DNA of 60,953 nucleotides, counting the filler, from Circinaria calcarea (lineage: Eukaryota): the NCBI GenBank assembly GCA_051942165.1. It is 12 parts of 12 records of this genome, joined end to end, with 100 filler letters (N's around TTAATTAATTAA, not from the genome) between each part and the next. Parts side by side here need not be neighbours in the genome. Positions count along the whole stretch, not along the records: positions 45,824 to 50,803 come from JAVECS010002095.1; positions 50,904 to 55,880 come from JAVECS010002096.1; positions 55,981 to 60,953 come from JAVECS010002098.1; 9 more parts are not named here. One strand, given 5' to 3'. Shown here in pieces: positions 48,118 to 59,987 of the stretch (positions within the stretch are counted from its first letter, which is position 1; each line of letters starts with the position of its first letter). Below the pieces are notes generated by a model. It was not told the origin of the DNA, made no database searches, and saw nothing but the letters and a program-made list of their open reading frames with translations. Both the position numbers and the translations under genes were made by a program.

Positions 48118-48199
48118 AGAAGAAGAAGAAGAAGAAGAAGAAGAAGAAGAAGAAGAAGAAGAAGAAGAAGAAGAAGAAGAAGAAGAAGAAGAAGAAGAA
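48118..48199. repeat. (GAA)n microsatellite, ~27 units
   Basis: Directly visible. Confidence 0.97.
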
Positions 48200-48703
48200 A
48201 AACAATAAAGCCACTCCCCCCTCTCCCGCTATATATTATAAATAATAGCGCCGAGAGCGTATAGAGAGTAAAATCCGCGTGGTAACCTTGAAATATAAAT
48301 ATTCTAAAGCTAAAACAAGAGAAAAGAGATTATAAATAGAATAACCCGAACCAATAACCCGAACCCGCAAATTATTGAGTAAAATCCTAATAATATACCT
48401 CTTTAATATTTCTTGTTTTGATTTATTTCACTCCTATATCGCTTCTTACCAGTTACTCGCCTGTTCAAACCCCCCCTTAAAAAAAGGATCTTAGGGCTAG
48501 TATTTGGAAATAGGGTGATTGAGCTGGTGAGACCTATTCGCAAGGCCTGTGGGGACATTGTAACAGGAAGCTCTCACTAATATAAACATAATGCTACGGC
48601 TAGCCCGGGCACTCCAAACACCCTGTTTTATAAAGTCTGAGCAGTTCAAGAGAGACGCTGAGCTTGTTGGGACAGTTCGATTGCCCCGTATCTTAAACGC
48701 AAA

Positions 48704-49858
48704 CTATTCATCCCAATACTGAGCTGCTTCGAGTGGTCGAAGCAAGTGTTTCAGTACTGCCCCAGCCTCCAGCTCGTCCACTGCTTGCTTGCTATAAATC
48801 TTCCCGTTATTATAGCTGTAATCACTCAGCTCCTTTATTGTCCGGAAAATCCGAACGTATTTACCACCACTGCGGCCCCATTCAATAAGATCGATGATAT
48901 TGATATGACGGCCGCGGACGGACTGTTTCAAGGGTTAGTGCTCACGCATTTGAAGAGTATGGGGATATAAACCTACTGATCGACATAGCTCACATGTTGT
49001 AGGGAGAGGTGTGATGCGCACCGCCCGGCAAAATAAATACCACGCATTCAGGTCATCTTCAACACCGAACCACAGATTAAACTCCTGTGTTAGCGCGGTT
49101 TGATAACGATGCCACAATTCTTTGCATTCGGGGTCTCCACGGGACCATTTATGGCGTTTCTGCAGATGCTTTTGAAGGAATTCAAATGAGATAGCGGGTG
49201 GTGTGGAGGCGTCATAACGGAAGGAGTGATAGAAGTGGAAGAAGTTGTCCAAAGGGCCGTCAGAAGTCCAGCTTTGCAACAGACGACTAGCGGCTAAATT
49301 CGACTTTGTAATTCTTTTCCCTTTGGTTTTAGTCGCCTCAGGTGTCCCTGATATTATAGAATTAACATGCAGCGGGACTAAGACAGTTGATAGCTCAGAT
49401 ATCAGCTTTCTAGCGTGCGCTTTCCCGGCAAGATAGTCAATTCTTGAAATAACTTACATTTTCCGATTACAGAATATACATGTCCAAGGGACGGCGCCAG
49501 GTGGAGCTGATACTATGACAACGTTCCGTAGCTTGGCTTTTATCTACGTAGGCTCAGCTATTCTTTAGAGAGTCAAGGGAATCGCGGTGATAAAATATCG
49601 CGAGAATTCTGTAGAGACGTGCGTATAATCCGTGATCTTATATTACTAATCTTTTATATGGGCAACAGGCAAGATGGATATGGACTCTTTATTAAAAGAA
49701 GAATATAAAAGAGTAAGTTCTTTAATTCGGGATGCCAAAGCGCTAGCGTTGAATTGTGCAAGACGAGCTTTATGACTATTGCTGCTTATATGCGCCGGTC
49801 CGTCTTTTACGGCCATAAGAAGGGAACAGATTGTACAAGTCCACGTGGTATATGCCAT
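48704..49858 (-). CDS. Multi-exon protein with N-terminal U1-type C2H2 zinc finger(s) and a conserved uncharacterised fungal C-terminal domain
   Basis: WTCTIC..AHISSNSHK; PLDNFF..FRYD; FGVEDDLNAWYLFCRAVRITPLP..C..C; HINIIDLIEW..F.TIKELSDYS...KIY..AGAVLKHLLR. Middle exon boundaries are uncertain. Confidence 0.7.
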
Positions 49859-49880
49859 TGAACCTGATATCCCTGGGGCA

Positions 49881-50237
49881 TGTTATGGCGCAACGCCATA
49901 CCCTGGCAAGGCTGAGTGCCGGAACGGAGGAATCAGGAGCCGAGAGCTCCCAGGTGCTCCCAGGACTTGGCAGGGAGCAGTGGGAGCACGTCACGTGTTA
50001 TGCTCCCGATGGCTCCCAGGGATCCCAGGGATCAGAGGGATCACGAGGGAGCGTTAATATTATATAAACAAGCTACTCTGCGCTCTTTAGAATAGCATGT
50101 TTATAGACCGTGCTTAATATTATTCCTTGATATTGAGCCTAGGGTAACAGTTCGACTACACCCTATGTGACCGCGCTATTACCGATCGGGACTTATCATA
50201 TTCCTTAATAAGCCCCAAGGATTGCAGCGCCCTTACA
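49881..50237 (+). mobile_element. 357-bp solo LTR, family A, 22 bp upstream of the zinc-finger gene ATG
   Basis: Same termini as 39462-39818, exact 5-bp TSD GGGCA (49876-49880 and 50238-50242). Confidence 0.95.
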
Positions 50238-50903
50238 GGGCAGTAAATATGCAAAAGTGTAAATGAAATTAAAACATTCTGTTCTACTTCGTAGAAACTA
50301 ATACTAAATATTCCTAAATAATGCCGCACCCGGCCCGATGCCGCATTTTCCCCGCATTCCAACCATTATTTCAAAAAATCATTATTCCTATAAGGGCTCT
50401 ACCCGAGAACCCCTACGAACCCTACGGGTGAACTATATACCGAGGTCACGAGGTGTTGGCTTAACGAGAAAAGTGTTCTTCGCGGAACGTTATGCCAGAA
50501 TTCTTTAATAATAATTTATACGTTATACGAACCCATTAATTATATTATTATATAATTTACCGACCCTTATTATAAAATTATTATATTATTCGTAAAGAAT
50601 CCTCATAAAAATAATATTTTAAGTTTTTTTGGGAATAGTGTTACGTCCCTAAGCGTCTGAGGCAAAGGCAATGCTAGTCACTGGTATAAGGCAGGGGCTC
50701 TGTATATGCGCACGGGTTCTATACCAATAGCTGGCAAGTAAGAAGTGACAATAGAAGTATATTGCTACACTTGTAAGGTCTTGACCACACAGGTCAAATA
50801 CTANNNNNNNNNNNNNNNNNNNNNNNNNNNNNNNNNNNNNNNNNNNNTTAATTAATTAANNNNNNNNNNNNNNNNNNNNNNNNNNNNNNNNNNNNNNNNN
50901 NNN

Positions 50904-52566
50904 CACCATTCTACCTCCGCCTATTCTTCAGACCGCTTCTAACATATCGTTCCACCACATCCAAACCTTTCCAGAAAGGAGTTACGGCTACGTAGAGCTA
51001 CCAATGGCTGAAGCCAACAAGATTAAGAACAAGCTGAATGGTTCGATATTGAAGGGTTCTAAGATGCAAGTTGAGGAAGCGCGGCCAGATAAAAAATCGA
51101 AACGGTCAAAGGGGGAGGATAAACCGGATCCGGAGGTTGACTCAGAGCAGAAAGCTAAGAACGTTGGCAGGAAGCGGAAAAGGGAAGATGGAGTCTTACC
51201 TGGCTTTGAGTTGCCAGAGGAGCGGAAGGTGAAGCGTGGATGGACAGAACCGGTGGCAGGGCCAAAAAATGTCAAGACAAAAAAGATTGGAAAGGATAGA
51301 GATAAAAAGGAAAAGAAAGCAAAACCGCTGCCTTCGGCATTCACGGATTCGCCTGAATGTTTGTTCCGAACAAAGCTTCCCCCCAATGTGGATATTTTGT
51401 CGGCATCAACTTCAACTGCACACAGCAAGCTCAAGAAGCGGAAGGCCGCGAACTCTGATCGAGAAACCGTGGTTCATGAATTCTCAAATACGACAAAACA
51501 TGCCGGCTTTTTACGGGATACTGGGGTGGAGAGCGGGAAGAAGGGCGTGTCGGAGTTTGTGGAAGGCCGTGGTTGGGTTGATGGTGATGGAAATGTCGTT
51601 GAGCAAGTAAAAATCTTTGAAACAACGAAACCCACAGCTGGGAAAGACGAATTAGCCAACAAGAACAAATCGAATGGATCCAGTAGTCAGTCTGCGGCAC
51701 AGAAACCATCATTAGAAACTGTAGCAAGAACCCATGAGACTCCAGATGGACAAGGGGATCTTGACGAGACTTCTTCGAGCGGTATTTCATCCAGTTCGGA
51801 CGATAGTGGTGGATCTGAAGAAGAAGCGAATTCGTTCTCAGAAGGCGAAAAGGCTGCAAGTTTAACACAGGCTAAAATTGCCATTCGCTCTTCAAAATCC
51901 ACTACCAAACCCACGGATGATGTTGAGGCTAACGATACCTTTGACTCTTCGTCAAGTAGCAAGGAAGTATCCGGGCCTTTCACGAAGTCACAGATTGCCG
52001 TTCACGTACCTCCTTTGACCATAGTCCCAACCCAAATACCAACTGAAGTACATCCTCTCGAAGCACTTTTCAAGAAGCCAAGGCAAACACCATCTGGTAC
52101 GCCTCGCAAACCGAATCTGGAGGTACAGACTTCGTTCAGCTTCTTTGATGCTGATGCAGATGCGAAAACCGGAAATGGTAACTCCAGCCACGCACAACAC
52201 GCTATTCCACAAACTCCTTTTACACAACAGGACATTCAGCAACGACGGATGCGTAGTGCGGCACCGACGCCTGATACTGCAGCACCGAACAAAGGCTTTG
52301 GACTGGGTTTTGGAGACGATGACGATCTTGCAAGCAGCGAGGACGAAGAAAACGAAGAGGACCAAGATGATAATGACACACCTCTCTCGAGAAAGGACGC
52401 AGCAGTGAAAGATGCTCCTGATGCGGACCCACCTCAAAGTGACTTTGCCAAGTGGTTCTGGGAACATCGTGGAGAGACGAATCGTGCATGGAAGAAACGT
52501 AGGAGAGAGGTAGCCAAAGAGCAGAGACAGAGAGAGAACAAACGACGAGCCAGAAGTGCCATTTAA
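50904..52566 (+). CDS. Conserved Lys/Ser/acidic-rich protein with N-terminal RRM-like segment (Nop8/NOL8-like, probably nucleolar), 5' truncated
   Basis: TFPERSYGYVELP..KLNGSILKGSKMQVEEARP; VKRGWTEP; VHPLEALFK; RSAAPTPDTA; FAKWFWEHRGETNRAWKKRRRE. Confidence 0.8.
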
Positions 52567-52710
52567 GGTGCAAGGCCCAATTGGATAGTGATGGATAGAT
52601 GTATTGATCAAGGTATTTGTCTATACATTGATACTGTCTAGGTAGTCATGTTTCTCTATTCAAACCCGAATAATGATTCCAAAAAAACGCCAGTACCACA
52701 TGTTACCCAG

Positions 52711-52870
52711 TCAACTAGATTCTGAATCAGGTTTTGTGTAGGAAGGAAACGAAACACCGTTCAAGGTATCCATCTCCTCTCCTTCTCAACTTGATCCTGA
52801 ATCAGGTTTTGTGTAGGAAGGAAACGAAACACCGTTCAAAGGTATCCATCTCCTCTCCTCCTTCTCAACT
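52711..52870. repeat. ~75-bp tandem duplication overlapping the 3' end of the secreted-protein ORF
   Basis: CTGAATCAGGTTTTGTGTAGGAAGGAAACGAAACACCGTTCAA..GGTATCCATCTCCTCTCC occurs twice. Confidence 0.92.
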
Positions 52871-54099
52871 TTTCCAGCGCACTTCTTCGGACACATGGCC
52901 GTTTTCCCAGTGCACATTTTCGTGCACTCCTTGCTTCCCTCCCTTTCTCTTTCCTTCGCTTCCTTTTCCTGCTTCGCATGTTTTTCCTCTTTTTCCTTCG
53001 CCTTGATCGCTTTCTCCTCCTTCTCTTCCTGCTGCTTCTTCTTTTCCTCATCCTGCTTCTTCTTCTCTTCCTGCTGCTTCTTCTTTTCCTCCGCTTTCTT
53101 CTCCTCCTTTTCCTTTTTCTCCTTCTCCTCGTCTTCCTTGTGTGCCTTTTCTTCGGCCGCATATGCATCGCACACCTCTTTCGTATCCGTACACACAATC
53201 TGCTCCTCAATCTCATGCCCAATCAGATTCTTAATCCCAGTTCCCACTCCATTGCTCAACGCTCCATACGCCACCGTCAGAAGATTATTCAAGAGCCCTC
53301 TCCTGACATGCCCGACGGCCTCTGTACTGTTGGCATCTGTCACGGTGGCACTGGTAAGATTGTGTCCCGCGCGAGGACCACCACCAGCAAGATGAGAATG
53401 TACGATCCTCACCGATTCCGGCTGCGGTTGCGACTCCGGATTTCTGGGACGGATGGGCTCACTGCTACGTGTTGCCCAAGGGCCCGGCTCGACAGGCTTG
53501 CTGCACTTCACCACGGCCAGAGTAGACGTCGGCTCCAGGACATACCCCCAGGAAAGCTCTCCCTGCTTCGGCATACCGGGGACCGGCTTACCTACCGTGG
53601 GTGTTTCCAACACAGACGCAGATGCAGACGCAGACGTAGACGCAACCAGCGACGGACGATCGACACCTCGAGGTGCCCGGGTCGGGGTCGGCAAAGGGAA
53701 CCTTGCACGCGTCGTCATAGTCGCATGCTTGCCGGGTCTCCACCACAGAGGCAAACGCCGATGATCACGCTCGCCTTCTTTACGCGGGACCGGCAGGTCC
53801 GCCGGCACGCGTTGGAGCCTGCTGGCGGTGGAATTGCGGAGGAGGGGCGGGCCGGAGGTATTGATATTTCCCCCGCGGACGGGAGGAAATAAGGGATGGC
53901 GGTGGCCGGGGAGGTGAATCCCGGTGGCGGGCGAAGACGAGGAGGAGGAGCTGCTGTGGTTGTGGTGGCCGGTCGGGGTCACCTGGCCGAAGTTGGGGAT
54001 TCTTGGGGGAAGAAGGCCGAGGGGAAAGGCGGCGGTAAGGGTGAGGGCGAGGACGAGGAAGGAAGGCAGGAGGGGGTGGAGAATGGTGAAGGGTTTCAT
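52786..54099 (-). CDS. Putative secreted precursor protein (437 aa): Pro/Ser-rich pro-region, amphipathic segment, E/K coiled coil, Cys motif
   Basis: Signal-like MKPFTILHPLLPSFLVLALTLTAA|FP at 54099, single open frame. Confidence 0.7.
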   Translation of the reverse strand: MKPFTILHPLLPSFLVLALTLTAAFPLGLLPPRIPNFGQVTPTGHHNHSSSSSSSSPATGIHLPGHRHPLFPPVRGGNINTSGPPLLRNSTASRLQRVPADLPVPRKEGERDHRRLPLWWRPGKHATMTTRARFPLPTPTRAPRGVDRPSLVASTSASASASVLETPTVGKPVPGMPKQGELSWGYVLEPTSTLAVVKCSKPVEPGPWATRSSEPIRPRNPESQPQPESVRIVHSHLAGGGPRAGHNLTSATVTDANSTEAVGHVRRGLLNNLLTVAYGALSNGVGTGIKNLIGHEIEEQIVCTDTKEVCDAYAAEEKAHKEDEEKEKKEKEEKKAEEKKKQQEEKKKQDEEKKKQQEEKEEKAIKAKEKEEKHAKQEKEAKEREREGSKECTKMCTGKTAMCPKKCAGKVEKEERRWIPLNGVSFPSYTKPDSGSS

Positions 54100-54620
54100 T
54101 TTTGGCTGCGAGGTGGGGTGGGTTAGCTGTAGTGTTTTATATAGTAGGAGAAAGAGGAGGCGAGGAAGTACGATGGGAAGATACAAAAGGGGAGGTGGGT
54201 AGGTCGTAAGATGTGAGCTGGCAGAGATATGCCCGATTGGGAAAAAGCTGCTAAAGGAATGCGCAGATAGTGTCAATAATTCAAAAACAGGTACGAAAGA
54301 GATAGTCAATTCGATGGTGGAAGGTGGGCAGGTGCCGGATGGGATAAACGCAAACGAGCGGTATTGCCACTGCAAAAAAACGATTTCGTAGATACAACCA
54401 GCAGCAGACATGACCCGATTCAAAAGAAAACACAAGCACGCGCAGCTCCTGCTCTCGCTCTTGTACACAGGGGCCCCATAGACCGTGAAATTTCAAACAT
54501 TACCCCAAAGCAAAGCTACTCACCAGCTCTACAACCCTCGAAGTTCTCCAGTATTCTCCCTATGTGACTCTATCCGCCGGCGGGCGTTGAAAAGGGGGCC
54601 TTTGCGCTAATTCTCTCACT

Positions 54621-54664
54621 CTTTGGCTTTGGCTTTGGCTTTGGCTTTGGCTTTGGCTATGGCT
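54621..54664. repeat. (CTTTGG)n hexanucleotide repeat, ~7 units
   Basis: Directly visible. Confidence 0.9.
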
Positions 54665-55237
54665 ACTTCCTTCAACCTGATGGGAACGCCCTGTTCTGAA
54701 CGGAATTGTGGACGATTTACTTCTTGCCGCCGACTGTCCTCTTCTTATACCACTTTCACTCCCGCAGTCGACTCCTGAAGATTTAGCTTTCAACTGTCCT
54801 TTTCTCATCCCTCCTCCCACACACGCAACCGCCAGGAGGTTCCTGAATCCCCACATTTCGATCCCGACCGCTTATGGTCAACATTCGAAGAATTTCCACA
54901 TCTCTACGGACCGAGTGTTGGAGTGTCCGTGCGGACGGCCTTCCTGAAATGTTTTTCTTTTCGTTTTTTTTTAAAAAAATCAATAGGCATAAACTGTCTA
55001 CATTCAAAACTTGAAGATTCAAAAGTACAAATGGACCGTGTTCACAGCTACAAATGCTCTAGGGGAAACATTTTCATCGGCGGAAAAGAGCTTATTTCTA
55101 GTTTTTTGAATGCTAAAAGGCAGGTTTGTCGGGATATTCTGTCCGCTGGAAGAAATCCCGGTTAGGACGGCCTCCGACTCCTCATTATTAATGCTCTAGT
55201 TTAATATCGTCTGCCGGTCCTACTGCCAGCACATTTT

Positions 55238-55880
55238 TCAAACGCCAATTTCCTCTTGGATGGAGTTGATGAAGCTACACCTCTCCACTAAATTCTCCCA
55301 CGCCAAGGCTCTCTCCCGCTCCAAGCTCACGCCGCTCCTCCCTTCGCGAGTAACTTTCCCTGGGCCGTTACCGTGCGGTCCTCCAATCACATACACGCTC
55401 ATCTCGTCCGGGGAGTCTTTCTGCAGAGCCTGATTACTCTGACCTTGGTACGCCATCGGCCAAGCTGAGAGCACCTCGCCTTTGGAGACTGTCGGATCCC
55501 CTGCGTTGGCGAATGCGGCGGCGCTGCCACTCAGCAAGGCGGAAAGGCGCTGCTGTTCAAGGCCATTGTCACCGCCACCGGCGATATCTCCGTTCAAGAT
55601 ATAAGGGATATCGGAGAGGTGACTAACACACCAATGGGGAATAGCCATGTATTCAAATATCGGTCCGAATTTCGTCTGGTTCATTTCGTACAAGCGAACG
55701 TTAGGGGAGCCGTGTCGGGCGTACTGCCAGGTGAAATCAACAACGGGACAGGTAAACCATATGTCGCGGTTGATCTGGGCGGCGCGGTAGTATTGCGCCG
55801 TTGCTCCCTCGCTGGGACGGACGAGGTGGGCGAAGTCGGACAGTGGGTAAAGGGAGAGCAAGCGTTGCAATGAAGCTCTG
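55238..55880 (-). CDS. Carboxylesterase type B / lipase, C-terminal part
   Basis: LLSLYP..RAAQINRDIWFTCPV..LYEMNQT..VSHLSDIPYILN (catalytic His region)..FANAGDP..W. Confidence 0.85.
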
Positions 55881-55980
55881 NNNNNNNNNNNNNNNNNNNN
55901 NNNNNNNNNNNNNNNNNNNNNNNNTTAATTAATTAANNNNNNNNNNNNNNNNNNNNNNNNNNNNNNNNNNNNNNNNNNNN

Positions 55981-56703
55981 TTCTTGCTTCCTGGCGGCCG
56001 CCTCCTTCCAATGCCAGCGCGTAACGGGCATTCGATTTGGAGTATCGAAAGCCGAGTATAGCAACTCTCCCAACTCTTTCGCCTTCTCGAGTAGAACGGG
56101 ATATTTGCTGTCACTAAGGTCGTAGGCCCCGAGGAAGCCGCCTAGATATCTAATTGTCGTTTCGAACACATTCAGCATGTCTGACTCTGTATTGGTAAAG
56201 TCAATCTCCGCTGCAGCCTCCACCGCTATCTTCATTTCGTCGTCCAACCCCATAATCCATAGCGTGTCCAACGTATCGACGAGTGTAGCAGCCCATCCAC
56301 CAAAGGTAGTCAGGTAGCCACCAGTAACTGGTGCTAATTCATCTCGCATCCAAGCCGATGCCTTGTAACTTTCCCATGTATGAACGAAACTTTCCTTGAC
56401 CGCTGCAAGCCTCTCTTCCCTTGTAGATTTATTTTGTTCCGATTCCGTGGCGAAGGCATGTTGTAGCTTTGGGAGCTGATGCGGTGGACCGCTCGGCAGA
56501 GGAAGGAAAGATTCGACGGGATATCGCTCTTTGGTCTTTGACCAGTGCAGTAGACCATCGTTCGATTTCGTTCCAGGCTGGGGTGCGTTGCTAAGGGATG
56601 TAGGCGCGTATACGTCCGTCAGGCTGGACAGATACCACAAGGTGAGGATGGCACATGCTGCTAGGGCGAAGGAAGCGGACCGTCTGCGAGGAAGGATTGC
56701 CAT
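55981..56703 (-). CDS. Class I alpha-1,2-mannosidase (GH47), 5' part
   Basis: Type II TM anchor, AVKESF.HTW..Y...AW.RDELAPVTG, FGGWAATLVDTLDTLWIMGL, NVFETTIRYLGGFLGAYDLS, AFDTPNRMP. Confidence 0.95.
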
Positions 56704-59700
56704 TGACAACAGTTGCGAACAAAGAAAAGGTCTCTAAGACCCGCTGAGGCCTCAGTTGACCGATGTTTTACAAATAAACGCTATTTTACTAACCCCCAGC
56801 CTACAAAGTTAATCGATGATAACAGTGTACAGTGATACACTTCAATGTATGTGGCCCTGCCTACAGGACCGATATCACGTTTTAAAGCAGCTTTACGTCT
56901 ACAATCTACAGTCTCTTCTTCGAGCCATCACATGTAGTGAAAGCATCAATGAAAAGACCTCTAAGGTGAGGAAGACCATCAAAAATTCCGCCAGCGAGGG
57001 CCCCGAAGGACACTCGATAACTTTTGCCTCCACGATGTGCAATGTAGGGCTCAAGTTATAGCAAACCGTCTTCTTGATCACGGCTGCTCCAACAAGGTAA
57101 GTATGAAGAAGAAAAGAGAAATTGGGGCGTGGGCGGTGTATATATACCCTTGAGACCACGCTAGCTGATAAGCGACAGCCGGGTAAGTCAAACTGTTTCA
57201 CGGTTCTGCAGGAAAATGGAGAATTGCGAGTAAGCGATATGAAGAAAATCGAATGAGGCTTTTGACGGTAGACTACGGTTGGAGTTTTGCTGATCAAGGC
57301 TGTATCATATGATATTGCTTCTTTAGATGTCTGCACAATATCACATAGATTTTTTCATATTGATCTGATGTGATAAGATATCGGTCTTCTGAGAGGCATT
57401 TGCAGACTGCAAAACAGCCGGGCTGTCTTCGTTTCAATGGGTCTCCTTGGCAGCTAATCGATCTGCCCCCGTTCACGTACGCACCGCTATCCGAAGAAAC
57501 ATGGCCATGCACAGTCAAGGTAAATCCCTTCCATCCATCGAAAAGGTGGCAGTCTGAGGACCTGACCCTCTCTGGCATGGAATTACGTACAAGAACGAGT
57601 ACCCTGTATCAGCATTGTTTTGGCTATCAGCCGTCTCTGCTGATGTAGTTCCTGGATAGGAAAGAGTCGAAGAGTGCACCCGTGCCCAGGTATCAATATG
57701 CTTGGGAAATATGGCTGGCACCTACAGCCATTGATCAGTATGAAATGTGAAAGATTCTTCTCCTATCCTTTTGCTACTCCATCGTTGCGTTGTTTGTGTG
57801 ATATTTGCACAAGGGAGAGCACTTACCCGATGAAGATGATGTTGAACTTTACGGCCGTGTATGGCGCCCTTTCACTGAAGATTGTAACCTGTGGAAAACC
57901 TAAAGATACTAGGATTTACTGTCACCTTTACTACACAGTGCTCTTCCGAGCTTTGTAATATGATTCACCGGCTATCCTTCCTTGGTGGTGTAGGCATTAT
58001 AGCTTATCGCCTTCTGGCTAGGGGTCAGTATCGCTAGCTTGGCGTATCCCGCCTTTTATTCTTCCCTCCTATAGTTTAAAGATCAAGAACACCAGGCGAC
58101 CAACTTGCTTCGAGAGGTGTGCACGGCCACTTCGAACACAGCTTGTTGTCGTTCAGCCGCGGTATTGGACCGTAGATGCTGGAATTAGCTAGTTCGTCGG
58201 TGCATATCGCTTCTATACATGAGACCTTAACCTATACAATCTTCAGGTATACGGCAGGTTAGTACTGTACGTGGCTTCTGGAGTAAGAGCCCAAGGACTG
58301 ATCTTTGGTAAATAGACTTGATACCACGGATAAAGCATTATGGTTACTAGCCACTTCTGCGCTTCCTTGGATATTACATCCTGGCCCCAGACTTCGTGGA
58401 AGGAATTGTTAACGCCGCATTAAGCACCCTCCAAGGCTTAGATTTTGCAGCTTACAGGATTCTATGCATGCCTTTCAAGGAAGGGAGATTCGAGGGCCCT
58501 GCCCTATGGAAAGCGTGCTAACATTATCACCCGAAAAGCTGTCTAGGCCGATGGATCCAGTTACCGTCTATCATCGCGGTGAGGTCTCTCAGACTGCCAG
58601 CTTACCTTTACGCAGAACTCATCTAGATATCCATAGGGTTTTAAGAATATAGCGAGCCTAGAGGATTTAGCCGTGTTCCACATGCATATTTTCAATCATG
58701 GATATGCTTGATGTGGTCAAAGAGGTCTGGATAAGAGGCGGTACTGCTCTAGGTATTTCTACGTACCTAGTTGGTTGGGAGAGGGCAAAAAGCGTATGAG
58801 GCCTCTCATGACTCTCTTACTCAACAAGATATCTAGACACCACCATTCACCATTCCATATACAAACTTCTCCCCAAGATGCATTCTTCGTCCTTTATCCT
58901 TGTTCCGTTTGCTGGTCGGACCTTGGGGTTCTCCTCCTGTTAACAAGCCTACCAATACAGAAATAGTCTGGTCCCTAATCACAGCCATTCCCCCGGCTGG
59001 TACAGCCTCTCCACGTGTGGCCTTCAACGCGGACGTTGCCCAACCTCGCTCCAGCCATTCCTGCCCCCCTATAACTCTTGTGTCAAAATCTCACTATCCT
59101 TCAACAGTCCAACCGTCCATAGGCCCAATCATTCAACCCCGAGTTATGGCATGGAGTGGTAAACCTTCGCAGTCCATGTAAACACGGGAGAAGCCCCACC
59201 CAACGTAATTCCTATTTTGAATTTCCACATCCCAGAATCTCCGGAAAAACGAACAACTCCCTATCCCCAAACCCCCAGTACCAGAGAACCCCCTCGCACT
59301 GACCATTCTTTAGTCGCTACTCCCTCCGATTACTGGTACCGCCGAGCAGAAAATCTCGCACTTATCTACCTAGGCACCCAGTTAGCCCTTCAGTTTCTCT
59401 CTCGGCGCCCCCTCGCCCTCTCCCTCGCCTGTTACGTATACATTTCGAGTTTTATAGCTACAGACGGGGAATTGCTACATAGCAGTCCGGGTTCACAATC
59501 GGTTAGTGGGGCCCGGCGCGTGTAGGATGACTGCCGTGCTTGTATTCGTAAGATGAATACTCTAGCCATGGAGGGGCTGCATTACTTGCGGGTTTAGGGT
59601 AACGGATACCATAGGGATTAGGGAACTTTTCTTGACCGAATTCACTCAGGTTGGCAGTCCTTCTTGGGTTCATCCCGGCTGTCGTTGGTTATTGAGAATA

Positions 59701-59987
59701 TGATTCTCGGGTTTTGACGAAGGGTGAAGGCGGGATATTAAATAGAGATGGGGATTGTTTCCTACGCAGGCTGCTCCCATCTTCTGATAAGACTGCTAAG
59801 TGGGATTCTGACATCTGTGAGATACGACAAGAAAAACTGTCAATGTAGATATCGTGGGTTATGCTTCAAAAGTGATAGATGTAGTATAAATGTACACTGT
59901 CTATATGAGCCATCCTCAGGGGCTTTGTCGGTTTGTTTAGTGTATTGATAAGCGCCAAACATAATCACCCTATCCTCGTCACTTATT

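Noticed and set aside
47885..48214. Poly-Phe ORF
   Set aside because: Antisense reading of the (GAA)n microsatellite.
52978..53892. 304-aa Leu/Phe-rich plus-strand ORF
   Set aside because: Antisense shadow of the E/K-rich secreted-protein ORF.
4999..55980. Regularly spaced TTAATTAATTAA motifs that look like a repeat array, and apparent gene neighbourhoods across them (e.g. NLR + CHORD + HET as an immunity island)
   Set aside because: These are artificial concatenation linkers between size-sorted contigs. Adjacency across them has no biological meaning.
56720..59950. Short ORFs between the GH47 and EBP-like genes
   Set aside because: No recognisable motifs or convincing exon chain. Treated as intergenic.
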